This document shows positions 48,497 through 58,005 of a stretch of DNA of 64,000 nucleotides, in pieces. Both the position numbers and the translations under genes were made by a program. Source of the DNA: Clostridia bacterium. GTDB lineage: Bacteria; Bacillota; Clostridia; TANB77; UBA1234. The notes below the pieces were generated by a model. That model was not told the DNA's origin. It saw only the letters and a program-made list of their open reading frames with translations, and made no database searches. Position 1 is the stretch's first letter, and each line of letters begins with the position of its first letter. Location: contig JAFTQC010000022.1 in the NCBI GenBank assembly GCA_017462965.1, forward strand, positions 96,242-160,241, written 5' to 3'.

Positions 48497-49264
48497 TTAT
48501 TCTTCTTTTTCGGCTTCGGTAGCTTCAGCAGGCACATCAGAGACTACGAGATGTTCCATGGCGTATTTCACGCCTTCGACATAGCCTTGGCTGTGACCTT
48601 CGTCGAAACCGTATTCATACGTATCATCCATACCCTGGCCAAAGCCGGCTGTACGTCCTTCGACGTAACCTTCGTCGTATCCTTTCTTAAAACCGGCATC
48701 ATATGCCTCTTTCTCACGAGCAGCATCAGGATGCTTTTCGGCATCTTCCTTGGAGATATTGAATATTGCCATATTCTTCGTGGTGGTATACTCCTCGCAA
48801 AGGGATTTGATGCGATTTACTACATATTTGATGCCTTTGATGATCAGGAAAAGAATGCCGTAGAAGATGTAGTAGAGCAGAATAGTAGAAATGGCCAATA
48901 CAGTTACAAAAGCAGCATAGTACGAGAACATGCCCTTATCAGACTCAAAGTGATACGTTCCGTCGGGATTGAGCGTTGCTGTAGCACTTTCAAATGTGCT
49001 GCGAGCGTTGAGTTCCACGACAGAACCCTCCATCTCCAGAGTGTAGCGCGAGGTGTCGATGCCGACAGCAGGATTCTCGATGTACTCCCTGAGCTCGTTC
49101 TCACAAGCAAGGACTCCTTCATCAGTAGAAGGATAGACATTGCTGATGCAGAAAGAAAAAGAGAGGATCAGCGCGAGGCAAAACAAGATAGCTTTTTTGA
49201 GCTGTCCGCTGTACTTATGCCCCATGGTCTGAAGCGTCTGAGCGTTAGCCGACCGATTCTTCAT
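48497..49264 (-). CDS. Membrane protein with C-terminal GF.KGYDEGYVEG repeats
   Basis: Signal/TM, internal TM ILLYYIFYGILFLII, repeats AGFKKGYDEGYVEG/YGFDEGHSQGYVEG. Confidence 0.55.
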   Translation of the reverse strand: MKNRSANAQTLQTMGHKYSGQLKKAILFCLALILSFSFCISNVYPSTDEGVLACENELREYIENPAVGIDTSRYTLEMEGSVVELNARSTFESATATLNPDGTYHFESDKGMFSYYAAFVTVLAISTILLYYIFYGILFLIIKGIKYVVNRIKSLCEEYTTTKNMAIFNISKEDAEKHPDAAREKEAYDAGFKKGYDEGYVEGRTAGFGQGMDDTYEYGFDEGHSQGYVEGVKYAMEHLVVSDVPAEATEAEKEE

Positions 49265-49359
49265 AGTTTTCTACCTCCTATTTTCTGGTAGTCGTTTGGG
49301 TTAACATTGAAACACAAAAATATTATCATATAAAAATTATGAAGTCAAATTGCAAATTT

Positions 49360-49425
49360 CGTCCATTTGACGGACGTCCGCCATGGACGAAAAAAAGGAC
49401 AAGAGCCCCGTCCCCTTGTCCTTTT
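49360..49425. repeat. GACGGACGTCC unit followed by GGACAAG-AGCCCCGTCCC-CTTGTCC hairpin
   Basis: Read directly; second hairpin doubles as terminator of 49424 gene. Confidence 0.75.
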
Positions 49426-50500
49426 ATTTTAAAATTGGTTTCAGTAAAAAGTCACGAACTAAAATTAACAGTTTTGCTGAAACGTATGTAAGAGCTATTG
49501 TTATGAGAACCATGATAATCATGTGATAGTCCAAATACATATACATCATCTTGTCGGTGATACTTGAAATCAAATACATTTCAAAAGAGCAAATTGAAAT
49601 TTCTGAAATTATTTTTCCGACAACAGGAATTTTTTTATTCAAATCATAAAATGCTAAAAAGATAAATGTTGCTGTAAGTGCAGTTGGCAAAGCTTCGAAG
49701 CCATTGAAGTTAAACCATGCATATTGCTCTGGTGTAGATAAGATATAGCAAGATAAGCAAGTTAAGCCAAGTGATGTTAATGGCAACAAAATCCTTTGAT
49801 ACAACTTCAAATTTGGTCTATATTCATGAATGTATTTTCCTATAAAAAAGTAGGTTAGAGGATAAGCAATTTGCCAGTAATCTGGCGTAATGTTAAGCCA
49901 CATGTCGTATGCTTTGAATGTTTTTACAACTTGTGGAAGAAATGTCAAAAACGCTAAACTTCCAATCAAAATTTGTTTGTATTTTTTATCTTTTAAATTA
50001 TCATACAAGATATTTAAAAATGGAATCAGCAAGAATAATCCGATGTACATTTCAAAATACCATGCATATCCATTTGCGCTGAAATTCAAAATGTTAATAA
50101 CTGAAAGTCCAATATTAATAGGCGTTTTACTATAAATTGCGGTTGCAATAATTTCTACGATACAAATTGCAACGTAGGAAAAAATCAGAGGAATTATTCC
50201 TTTATAGTATTTTTTTGAAATTTCTTTTTTGTTATTTAAAAATCCGGTAAGTAGCATAAATAGCGGAACTGCGGTCATTGCTAAAAATCTAAAAATCATG
50301 TAAATTGTCCATTTAAAAGATAGTTGGTCTACATTCATCACTCCGCGTAAATTAATGCTATGAGTTATAAAAACAAAAAGAATTGCTAGAACTCTCAAAA
50401 TATCAAGACCTAAGATGCGTTCTTTTTTAGTTTTTGTAGGAACAACGGCCAACTCTTTTTTTAGTTCATCTTTTTCTATAATAGTTGTTTTCAAAAACAT
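49424..50500 (-). CDS. Acyltransferase family 3 membrane protein
   Basis: 358 aa, ~10 TM helices, N-terminal LDILRVLAILFVFITHS. Confidence 0.65.
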   Translation of the reverse strand: MFLKTTIIEKDELKKELAVVPTKTKKERILGLDILRVLAILFVFITHSINLRGVMNVDQLSFKWTIYMIFRFLAMTAVPLFMLLTGFLNNKKEISKKYYKGIIPLIFSYVAICIVEIIATAIYSKTPINIGLSVINILNFSANGYAWYFEMYIGLFLLIPFLNILYDNLKDKKYKQILIGSLAFLTFLPQVVKTFKAYDMWLNITPDYWQIAYPLTYFFIGKYIHEYRPNLKLYQRILLPLTSLGLTCLSCYILSTPEQYAWFNFNGFEALPTALTATFIFLAFYDLNKKIPVVGKIISEISICSFEMYLISSITDKMMYMYLDYHMIIMVLITIALTYVSAKLLILVRDFLLKPILK

Positions 50501-50538
50501 CCCTCCTCCTGCAATCAGTATTTTATCATAATACTACA

Positions 50539-50614
50539 AAAAAGGACAAGGGGACGGGGCTTTTGTCCTTTTTCGTCCCAATTTCCAAAAAAAAGATCAC
50601 CAGTTAAGGTGATC
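50539..50614. repeat. GGACAAGGGGACGGGGC hairpin + partial GTCCCAATTTCC unit + gatcacc hairpin
   Basis: Read directly. Confidence 0.7.
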
Positions 50615-50626
50615 TTGTAGCAATGT

Positions 50627-51289
50627 TCAGCAAGTTTTGTTGTCAGTAATGTCATCATTCGTGTCTGAGTTTTTTGACTCTTCATCAATCTTTTTACCAG
50701 AAGAACTGTAATAAAGATCATAGTATTTTCTACGCCGTTCCTCGAGTCCTATTTTGTTGAGTTGACTCGTGATAAAGAGCAGGAATCCAACTAGTCCTAG
50801 GAATGCAATTCCAACAGCTGGTACGAAGAGAATTAAAGTGAGTTCCCTAAATTCAGAGATATAATTCTCCTCTGTAAAATTTCGTGAAGTAGTTATTTGT
50901 TCGAAATTTGTACCTTCCTGATCAACGGTTACAATCAGATTAATGAAGAAACGTGTGGTTCCGGGGACTGAATAGGTTGATGTGATTTTCCCTTTGGAGA
51001 TGGAACAACTGTAATCGACGTTTTCAGGTAATGCAGAAAAATCAGTTAGAGAGTTGTGCTTAGTTGCATGGGAAATGGCAATTTCTTCGAGTTCCTCGTA
51101 AGCTTCGAATGGATAGAGAATCTCATCCTTTAGATTTACTTCGTAGTGGATGAGTCCGCAAGAAGCAATGATTAGCGCAACAAGCAACCAAGAGATGATT
51201 GAATGTTCAATAAAAATCCAATGTATGTACGAATTGATTTTGTTGAAGAATCCATAGCAGTTCCGGCAGTAGTCTAATGTGATTCGCAT
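50627..51289 (-). CDS. Hypothetical membrane protein (N-terminal Cys pair, two TM)
   Basis: ORF track. Confidence 0.5.
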   Translation of the reverse strand: MRITLDYCRNCYGFFNKINSYIHWIFIEHSIISWLLVALIIASCGLIHYEVNLKDEILYPFEAYEELEEIAISHATKHNSLTDFSALPENVDYSCSISKGKITSTYSVPGTTRFFINLIVTVDQEGTNFEQITTSRNFTEENYISEFRELTLILFVPAVGIAFLGLVGFLLFITSQLNKIGLEERRRKYYDLYYSSSGKKIDEESKNSDTNDDITDNKTC

Positions 51290-51403
51290 AAGTGTATGCC
51301 TCCTTAAAAATTTTTATTTGTCGTCGGGTAGGGCTAATAGAGAAACGTGGAGAACGGTAAAACTGAATTAAATACGTATGAATATTAACATAATTTTAAA
51401 AAG

Positions 51404-51470
51404 CTAGCAATGGGGACAGCCCTTTTTGCTAAAAATTTCAGCAAAAAGGGGCGTCCCTCTTGCAAGATTC
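51404..51470. repeat. Hybrid imperfect palindrome (GGGACAGCCC left / GGGGCGTCCC right)
   Basis: gcaatggggacagccctttttgctaaaa / ttttcagcaaaaaggggcgtccctcttgc. Confidence 0.7.
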
Positions 51471-51491
51471 AAACTTTTGTTCGTGATTTTG

Positions 51492-51520
51492 TTGACAAGA
51501 ACAAACATTTGTGATAGTCT
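51492..51520 (+). promoter_or_regulatory. lexA promoter ttgaca-N17-tagtct with embedded palindrome ACAAACATTTGT
   Basis: Read directly upstream of lexA. Confidence 0.45.
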
Positions 51521-51554
51521 TTTTTCAGAATATAAGGGTTTTGGGAGGAATAGT

Positions 51555-52187
51555 ATGAAAAAAACACAAGCGACTGATAAACAACAAAGGGTGCTTGATT
51601 ATGTTAAAGAACAAATAAAAAAGGATGGATATGCTCCGTCTGTTAGAGAGATTTGTAAAGCTTTAGACTTGAAATCAACTTCAACGGTTCATGGATATTT
51701 AGCTAGACTTGAAAAGAAGGGATTAATTCAAAAGGCTGCATTAAAGCCTAGAACTCTTAGAATTGTTGGTGCTGCCGGCGATGATGAAGAAAAAGGATTC
51801 TACACTTCAAAAGAGATGGTTGATGTGCCAATAGTAGGGAAAGTTACAGCGGGTATGCCAATACTTGCTGTGGAAAATATTGAAGATAGTTTCCCACTTC
51901 CAGTTGATTTTGTTGGAAATTCAGAATCATTCATGCTTAAAGTTAGAGGTGATAGCATGATTGATGCGGGAATATTAGATGGTGACTTGGTTCTTGTAAA
52001 AAAACAAAATACTGCACAAAATGGAGACATTGTTGTTGCTTTGATTGAAGATGAAGCGACGGTTAAAAAATTCTATAAAGAAAAAGGCTTTATTAGACTA
52101 CAACCACAAAACCAATTTATGCAGCCAATACTTGTTCCAACATGTACTATTCTTGGTAAAGTTGCTGGTGTTTTTAGAAAGTTATAA
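51555..52187 (+). CDS. lexA: LexA repressor
   Basis: [17 protein letters not shown]...; S24 motifs VRGDSM and K; RBS gggagg. Confidence 0.85.
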   Translation: MKKTQATDKQQRVLDYVKEQIKKDGYAPSVREICKALDLKSTSTVHGYLARLEKKGLIQKAALKPRTLRIVGAAGDDEEKGFYTSKEMVDVPIVGKVTAGMPILAVENIEDSFPLPVDFVGNSESFMLKVRGDSMIDAGILDGDLVLVKKQNTAQNGDIVVALIEDEATVKKFYKEKGFIRLQPQNQFMQPILVPTCTILGKVAGVFRKL

Positions 52188-52245
52188 AATTGGAAATTGG
52201 GACGGGTCTGTTTTCTAAATGCATTTTTAAGGGACGTTCCAAATG
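52186..52245. repeat. TTGGAAATTGGGACGG unit plus GGGACGTTCC partial
   Basis: Read directly. Confidence 0.55.
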
Positions 52246-52311
52246 TTCATATTTTTTCAGTTAAGTAAAGAAAGAGACGACAAATTAATGTCGTCTCTTT
52301 TTGTAAATGTA

Positions 52312-53424
52312 TCAGAGTTTTTCGTCAGGGATTTCGCTTGCAAGCCGATAGTTGCTGTAATGAATGTCGTTGGTTACATCTTGCAATGCTTTGATGAAAT
52401 CGGGAATCTTGAATTTGGAAGCTTCAGAAGAAAGTTCTACCTCGAGAATAGCGACACCATCCCAGAAGGGATAGATATCGAGTTCGAAGTAGAGATTGTC
52501 GTGAATGAAGCAATAGCGTGTTTTCTGGATTTGACGCTTGCGACAATCACTTTGAACCAGCAAATCAAAGTATTCCTTTGCAGAAATTTTTCGTTCGTTT
52601 TCGATTCGTACGCCTTTGCGAATAGTACGCTTTTCAGTGTAGAAGAAAGTGTAGTCTCCGTCGATGCCGCGCATGCGGAGTCTTCTTTCCAAGCCAGAGC
52701 CATTATCACAAAGGTAGGTCTGAATGATTTCAGATTTGGAAAGATTGACGAACTTAGCAAGCTCATCAATATTCGGTTTCTTGATGAGAAATTTCTTCTC
52801 GATTTCAAGAGGTTCGGGTTTTCCAATGACTGCACAGATTTCAGCTATGAAACGCGTGATCTTCTTGGAAAAGCTGGTGCTGTTGTCGATGATGCGAAGG
52901 TGAGGATGACCCGTCCAGACTTTTTTAAGAGCTCTGTCAGCAGCGATGGCTTCTTCAACATTTTCATATCGAGCCTTGTTGCTCTTCATGTTTGCAATGT
53001 AAGCTTCCTCGGCACCATCAGCTGCAGTAATCATGTGAATCACGGCATCATAACGATTCATGAGAGAGTTAATCGTTTGTCCGTTTCTCCGCAGAATTTC
53101 CTCGACATCTTCAGGAGAGCTGTAAGCAAGTCCGTCAAGCAATCCTCGATCGTAGATGATTATGATGTTCTCGTCTTCGCACTTTTCAGCAGCTTCATTA
53201 AGGATAGCCTCCATATGAAGTTGCGTCCGGAAAAGCATGTCCTGGAATTCCACATTGCGGTATTCACGAAGCTTAATGCCACAGCCATACAGCGTGGTGA
53301 ATGTTTCAGGAGCGATGAATACCTTGAAGCCAAGAGCCGAAAGCTCTGGTTCAACACGTGCGAAAGCAGTTGTTTTACCCGCACACGGTCCGCCTGTAGA
53401 CACAATTCGATAGATTTTTTTCAT
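52312..53424 (-). CDS. P-loop NTPase (NadR/AAA_28-like) fused to CYTH (triphosphate tunnel) domain
   Basis: Walker A GGPCAGKTT, Walker B IIIYDRG; CYTH ExExK EIEKKFLI and Arg-rich strands; start at MKKIYRIV with RBS ggaggg. Confidence 0.6.
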   Translation of the reverse strand: MKKIYRIVSTGGPCAGKTTAFARVEPELSALGFKVFIAPETFTTLYGCGIKLREYRNVEFQDMLFRTQLHMEAILNEAAEKCEDENIIIIYDRGLLDGLAYSSPEDVEEILRRNGQTINSLMNRYDAVIHMITAADGAEEAYIANMKSNKARYENVEEAIAADRALKKVWTGHPHLRIIDNSTSFSKKITRFIAEICAVIGKPEPLEIEKKFLIKKPNIDELAKFVNLSKSEIIQTYLCDNGSGLERRLRMRGIDGDYTFFYTEKRTIRKGVRIENERKISAKEYFDLLVQSDCRKRQIQKTRYCFIHDNLYFELDIYPFWDGVAILEVELSSEASKFKIPDFIKALQDVTNDIHYSNYRLASEIPDEKL

Positions 53425-53543
53425 CGAGGCTTCCCTCCTATAAGAATTATTTGATCCAGCCAAAGTATATCAACCTCAAGGTTAAAAGTAAATATAGGAA
53501 TAAAAAATAAATATTGCCATAAAATAAAACAGAGGTGATGTTA

Positions 53544-53699
53544 TGTCTGAAAAAATTTTTAGGACAAAGGGTAAGGGAATCATAGAAGATGCAACGGAAT
53601 ATGGCGAATTTATAGCAACATTTGATGCTTGGATGACGCCAGAAGAACAAAAAAAGAGAGCACAGCATTTAGAAAATTTGAAGAAAAAAAGAAAATAAG
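53544..53699 (+). CDS. Small hypothetical protein (51 aa)
   Basis: My translation MSEKIFRTKGKGIIEDATEYGEFIATFDAWMTPEEQKKRAQHLENLKKKRK; RBS agaggtga. Confidence 0.35.
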
Positions 53700-53730
53700 A
53701 AGTATTGAATCAACCCCCGGGGAAGGAGTC

Positions 53731-53823
53731 ATCAAGAGGGACAGCCCTTTTTGATAAAGGTAAATGCTAATTAAAGCGCAAATTTTGTTTATTTTTTATC
53801 AAAAAGGGCTGTCCCTCTTGATA
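53731..53823. repeat. Compound inverted repeat of GGGACAGCCC family (28-bp arms, ~36-nt AT-rich centre)
   Basis: atcaagagggacagccctttttgataaa ... tttatcaaaaagggctgtccctcttgat. Confidence 0.8.
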
Positions 53824-53852
53824 GAAAATCCCCGATGGTCGATCAAGAAACT

Positions 53853-54200
53853 TTAGTCACAATCGCATTCTTTGCAATCTGGCTTTAACTCACAGTCAAC
53901 AAACAAATCATCAATATGAGTATCTGCTGAAAAATCGATAGGTATTTCAACTTTCATCTTTTGAACAATAGTAAATTTGCAGTGACAATCATTCATATCT
54001 TTATGGCAATTCTCAGGTCTCTTTAGTGAAATTATTGGATTACCACAACATTCTGTTTTAATCTTTCCAACACAAACATTTGGCGTTGTTGTAACAGGAA
54101 GGCAAATTGTTAAGAATTTTTCGATAATTGAACAACAATTTCTGTCAAAGTCATGTTCGTGATTATGATCATGATGCTCATTTTTGTCATTTTCAAACAT
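53853..54200 (-). CDS. Cys/His-rich small protein (putative metal-binding)
   Basis: HHDHNHEHD and multiple CC/CxC motifs; RBS aaggagg. Confidence 0.5.
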   Translation of the reverse strand: MFENDKNEHHDHNHEHDFDRNCCSIIEKFLTICLPVTTTPNVCVGKIKTECCGNPIISLKRPENCHKDMNDCHCKFTIVQKMKVEIPIDFSADTHIDDLFVDCELKPDCKECDCD

Positions 54201-54389
54201 TAAAAGTTCCTCCTTAAATTTAGAAATATTAAGTTACTAGAATAAAGTTTTATCCCAGTAAATAGGCACATTCTAATAACATGATATGCTGCTCTTCAAA
54301 ATTTGATAACAAAAATAAAAATTTTAAATATAAAAGTTTTGAGGATATGATATAATTGCTGAAAATCTAGGATTTATAAGGAGAACACA

Positions 54390-55877
54390 ATGAAGATATT
54401 ATTAACAACGTTAAATACGAAATATGTACATACGAATATTGCTTTGAAATATTTGTATGAAACGATAAGAGAAAAAGATGTTGCGCTAAAAGAATTTACA
54501 ATTAACGAACCGTTGGGAAAAATTTTAAGAGAGATTGTACGTGAAAATGCTGATGTAATCGCATTTAGTGTGTATTTGTGGAATATTGAAGAAATTTTGA
54601 AGCTTTCTGAGAATATTAAGAAGATATGTCCTGAGGTGAAAATAATTCTTGGTGGTCCCGAAGTTACATACCAAAGTGAAAAGATTTTAAAAGAAAATTT
54701 TTCGGTGGATTTTGTGATTTGTGGTGAAGGTGAAGAAACTTTCCCTAAACTTATTGACTTTGTTGAAGAACCGGATGTTGAAAAGAAAGATTTTTTGAAA
54801 TATGTTTCATACAGGGAAAATAATGAAATTCACGTTGGTGAAATTGGAATTGTTTGCGATACAAATAAAATTCCTAGAATTGCTGAAAAAATAGCCAAAG
54901 ATTATGATGGAAGAATTGTTTATATAGAAACCGTTAGAGGATGTCCATACAATTGTAGCTATTGCCTGTCTTCGACGATTAAAGGAATTCGTCCTTTTGA
55001 TATGGAGCGAGTAAAAGCAGAACTTTTGATTTTGATGAAAGCAGAGGTTAGATTAATTAAATTTGTTGATAGAACGTTTAATTATGATAAAAAACGTGCG
55101 CTTGAAATTTGGAGATTTTTGCTTGAAAACAATATTTCTTCAGAGTTTCATTTTGAAATTTCTGCGCATTTAATTGATGATGAAATTCTAGAGTTTTTTG
55201 ATACTGTTCCGGAAAATACTTTTAGATTGGAAATTGGCGTGCAGTCTACGAATCCTGAAACTATAAAGGCGATAAATAGAAATACAGATTTTGAGGTGAT
55301 TACAAAAGTTACAAAAAGAATCATGGAGAAAAATAATATAACCACTCATCTGGATTTGATTGCAGGACTTCCTTTTGAAGGATATGAAAGATTTAAACAA
55401 TCTTTTAATGATGTGTATAAATTAAGACCGACAGAGCTTCAACTCGGCTTTTTAAAGTTACTTAGCGGATGCCAAATTACGAATGAAAAAGAGCTTTATG
55501 AGTATAAGTATACGAGCTATCCGCCATATGAAATTTTAGAAAATAAATTTATTTCATTCGAAGAAATAACAAAATTGAAAAATGTAGAAGAAATGGTTGA
55601 CGTTTTTTATAATTCTGGAAGATATAAAAATTCATTAAAATTTGCGGAAGAAAAATTTAAAACGCCGTTTGAATTTTATTTTGAACTTTCGGTTTATGCT
55701 GAGAAAAATGGATACATGGAACGAAAAATAAGCGCCGAAGAATGGTTTGACGTCTTAGCAAGATTTTATTTTGAAAATAGATTTGAGGATTATGCAGATT
55801 TTTTAGAAAATCTGAAAAAAGATCATTTTAACAATTTTGGAAATAAGAGAAGAAGAGGATTATTTTTGTTTAAATAA
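54390..55877 (+). CDS. B12-binding-domain radical SAM protein (DUF4080-type C-terminus)
   Basis: CPYNCSYC radical SAM cluster motif; N-terminal B12-binding-like fold. Confidence 0.8.
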   Translation: MKILLTTLNTKYVHTNIALKYLYETIREKDVALKEFTINEPLGKILREIVRENADVIAFSVYLWNIEEILKLSENIKKICPEVKIILGGPEVTYQSEKILKENFSVDFVICGEGEETFPKLIDFVEEPDVEKKDFLKYVSYRENNEIHVGEIGIVCDTNKIPRIAEKIAKDYDGRIVYIETVRGCPYNCSYCLSSTIKGIRPFDMERVKAELLILMKAEVRLIKFVDRTFNYDKKRALEIWRFLLENNISSEFHFEISAHLIDDEILEFFDTVPENTFRLEIGVQSTNPETIKAINRNTDFEVITKVTKRIMEKNNITTHLDLIAGLPFEGYERFKQSFNDVYKLRPTELQLGFLKLLSGCQITNEKELYEYKYTSYPPYEILENKFISFEEITKLKNVEEMVDVFYNSGRYKNSLKFAEEKFKTPFEFYFELSVYAEKNGYMERKISAEEWFDVLARFYFENRFEDYADFLENLKKDHFNNFGNKRRRGLFLFK

Positions 55878-55892
55878 GAGGGACGCCCCTTG
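55867..55892. repeat. Solo half-unit AAGAGGGACGCCCC
   Basis: No inverted partner adjacent. Confidence 0.5.
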
Positions 55893-55969
55893 CTTGAATG
55901 TTTACATAAAACATGATATAATAGATACGGTTTCATACCATTTTGTAAAAGAAAGGACTGTGGTTAGGA

Positions 55970-56779
55970 ATGACGGACAAGTTGGAACTGGTGCGGAAAT
56001 ACCACGAGGAAAATGCTCTCGAGCGTCTTTTTGTTGGGAGCAAGGAACTGGAAATCAAGCTCATGCACATTTGTGGCATGGCGGACATCGCGATGGAAAT
56101 CGCAAGTGTTTACAAGGCAAATTTTGACCGTGAGCTTCTGAAGCTCTGTGCTTTGCACCATGATGACGGTCGAGTGCTGCAGTACAAGTATCTGGGCAAT
56201 TTCAACGACAGGGAGCTTTCCCACAATGAACTCGGAGCTATGGCTCTGAACCAGTGGTGCATCAAGAATAAGATTACGCCGGATAGCGCTATTCATGTGC
56301 TTCGCGACGTGATGATGTATCATGGACGCTTGGCTCTTTGCGAATGCAGAGTCACGTGGGAATCTCGGCCGTATATCGAAATTATCAGTGATGCTGATGA
56401 TATCGAGAATGGCTGCATCGGGGCGGTCGGCTATCTTCTGAATGAATGCCGGACTGATGCAAAGGGGTACAACACTACGCATCCTGAACATTTCGGCAAA
56501 ATCAAGCCGGAGTTGTGGGCATTTTACGAGCTTGGACAGTGGTTCGACAAGATGAAGTACTGTGAAAGCTATGCGGAATACGTACTCTTTGCAGCCACTC
56601 TGGCAATGAAGTCCATCAAGAAGTATGGGTGGATCGCCAAGAAGGCTATGCTGAAGCCCAGCTATGGCTACGCAAGTGCTCTTCAGGGCTACGAAGACAT
56701 TTTCTCGCAGGTGATGTCTTACGAGGATGCCAAGCATGCTATCAATGTTCTGCGCAAGGCATGCACCGTCGAAGAGTAA
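55970..56779 (+). CDS. HD-domain phosphohydrolase (GC-rich)
   Basis: LCALHHDDGR HD motif. Confidence 0.6.
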   Translation: MTDKLELVRKYHEENALERLFVGSKELEIKLMHICGMADIAMEIASVYKANFDRELLKLCALHHDDGRVLQYKYLGNFNDRELSHNELGAMALNQWCIKNKITPDSAIHVLRDVMMYHGRLALCECRVTWESRPYIEIISDADDIENGCIGAVGYLLNECRTDAKGYNTTHPEHFGKIKPELWAFYELGQWFDKMKYCESYAEYVLFAATLAMKSIKKYGWIAKKAMLKPSYGYASALQGYEDIFSQVMSYEDAKHAINVLRKACTVEE

Positions 56780-56881
56780 AAGTCCAATCGGAGAGAGATG
56801 CAATCTGCATCTCTCTTTTTTGTCCCAAAAGCACAAAAAATCCCCCAACACAAGAGCGTGTTGGGGTGCAGAATCACTTGA

Positions 56882-57325
56882 TTAGTGAGGCAACATGACA
56901 AACTTGCGCTTCCCTGAAGGCGTTTTGAACTCTGCGATATGAAGTTCTAAAAGCCCGTTGTTATAAAATACATAGGGAAGATAGCCAGTAATATCATTTT
57001 GTTTGCAGACTTCAGAAATCCACTCGTTGTGGTATCCTTTGCGAAGTGCATCCACAATTTCATGTACGAATATCAAGCCGTTTTCTTCGGCCATTTTTTT
57101 GATTTCGTCAGTGGTGATGAGATTGAATTGCGGTGTAGGTGCGAGCATCCGATAAGACGTTCCTTCAGAAGATTTCTCTTCTAAAATATCGATCACAAGG
57201 TCTGTGCCGTTGAAGTATGCATGCGTGCAGGCATCTTCTTTGCAAAAGCGAGAGTGTTCTGTGCAAATGTTGTTCCAACCGAAAATAACGACCGGTTCGG
57301 TTAAAACATGTTTTTCTATGGCCAT
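56882..57325 (-). CDS. Hypothetical protein
   Basis: 147-aa ORF; RBS aaggaggtc. Confidence 0.5.
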   Translation of the reverse strand: MAIEKHVLTEPVVIFGWNNICTEHSRFCKEDACTHAYFNGTDLVIDILEEKSSEGTSYRMLAPTPQFNLITTDEIKKMAEENGLIFVHEIVDALRKGYHNEWISEVCKQNDITGYLPYVFYNNGLLELHIAEFKTPSGKRKFVMLPH

Positions 57326-57429
57326 TGATAGTGACCTCCTTTGTACAATAAATTCCGTGCAGGCGTAATTTTATCACACTTAACATAATTAATCAAGAAA
57401 AAATAAATGTATGAATTTTATTAAACTAA

Positions 57430-57463
57430 ATCGTCCATTTGACGGACGTCCCTCGTGGACGAT
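57430..57463. repeat. GACGGACGTCC-type palindromic unit
   Basis: atcgtccatttgacggacgtccctcgtggacgat. Confidence 0.7.
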
Positions 57464-57477
57464 TTTATAAAAATATC

Positions 57478-57531
57478 TTGACAATAAATAATTTGGTGAT
57501 AAAATCTGATTAAAGGTCAAAGAAAGTCAAA
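57478..57531 (+). promoter_or_regulatory. ctsR promoter (ttgaca-N16-taaaat) with CtsR operator GGTCAAAGAAAGTCAAA
   Basis: Direct heptad repeat matching CtsR box consensus at 57515-57531. Confidence 0.75.
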
Positions 57532-57550
57532 GTTAAAAAGAGGTGATGTA

Positions 57551-57997
57551 ATGAGATTGTCTGAGGTGATAGAAGAATATATCAAAGCTTTAATTGCTGA
57601 TAGTGATGATTTTGTAGAGTTTGGTAGAAATGAACTAGCTGAATATTTCAATTGCGTGCCATCTCAAATTAACTATGTAATAAGTACGAGATTTAGTCCA
57701 GAAAGAGGTTATTATGTAGAAAGTCGAAGAGGTGGCGGTGGTAATATCAAAATTAAAAGAATAGATATTACTAAAGATCGATACATTATGCATTTAATAA
57801 ATTCTCTTGAAGAAAGTTTATCTCAACAAGAAGCGGGAATAATTATTAATAACTTAATTGATTATAATGTGATAGATAGTAAAACTGCTAAACTTCTTAA
57901 AGTTGCTACAAATGATAAAGTTTTAGGACTTCCTAGAGAATATAGAGATTTAGTTAGGACACGAATTCTGAAGAATATGTTGATAAATTTAATATAA
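57551..57997 (+). CDS. ctsR: Transcriptional repressor CtsR
   Basis: MRLSEVIEEYIKALIADSDD...RRGGGGNIKIKRI. Confidence 0.9.
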   Translation: MRLSEVIEEYIKALIADSDDFVEFGRNELAEYFNCVPSQINYVISTRFSPERGYYVESRRGGGGNIKIKRIDITKDRYIMHLINSLEESLSQQEAGIIINNLIDYNVIDSKTAKLLKVATNDKVLGLPREYRDLVRTRILKNMLINLI

Positions 57998-58005
57998 GTA
58001 GGAGA

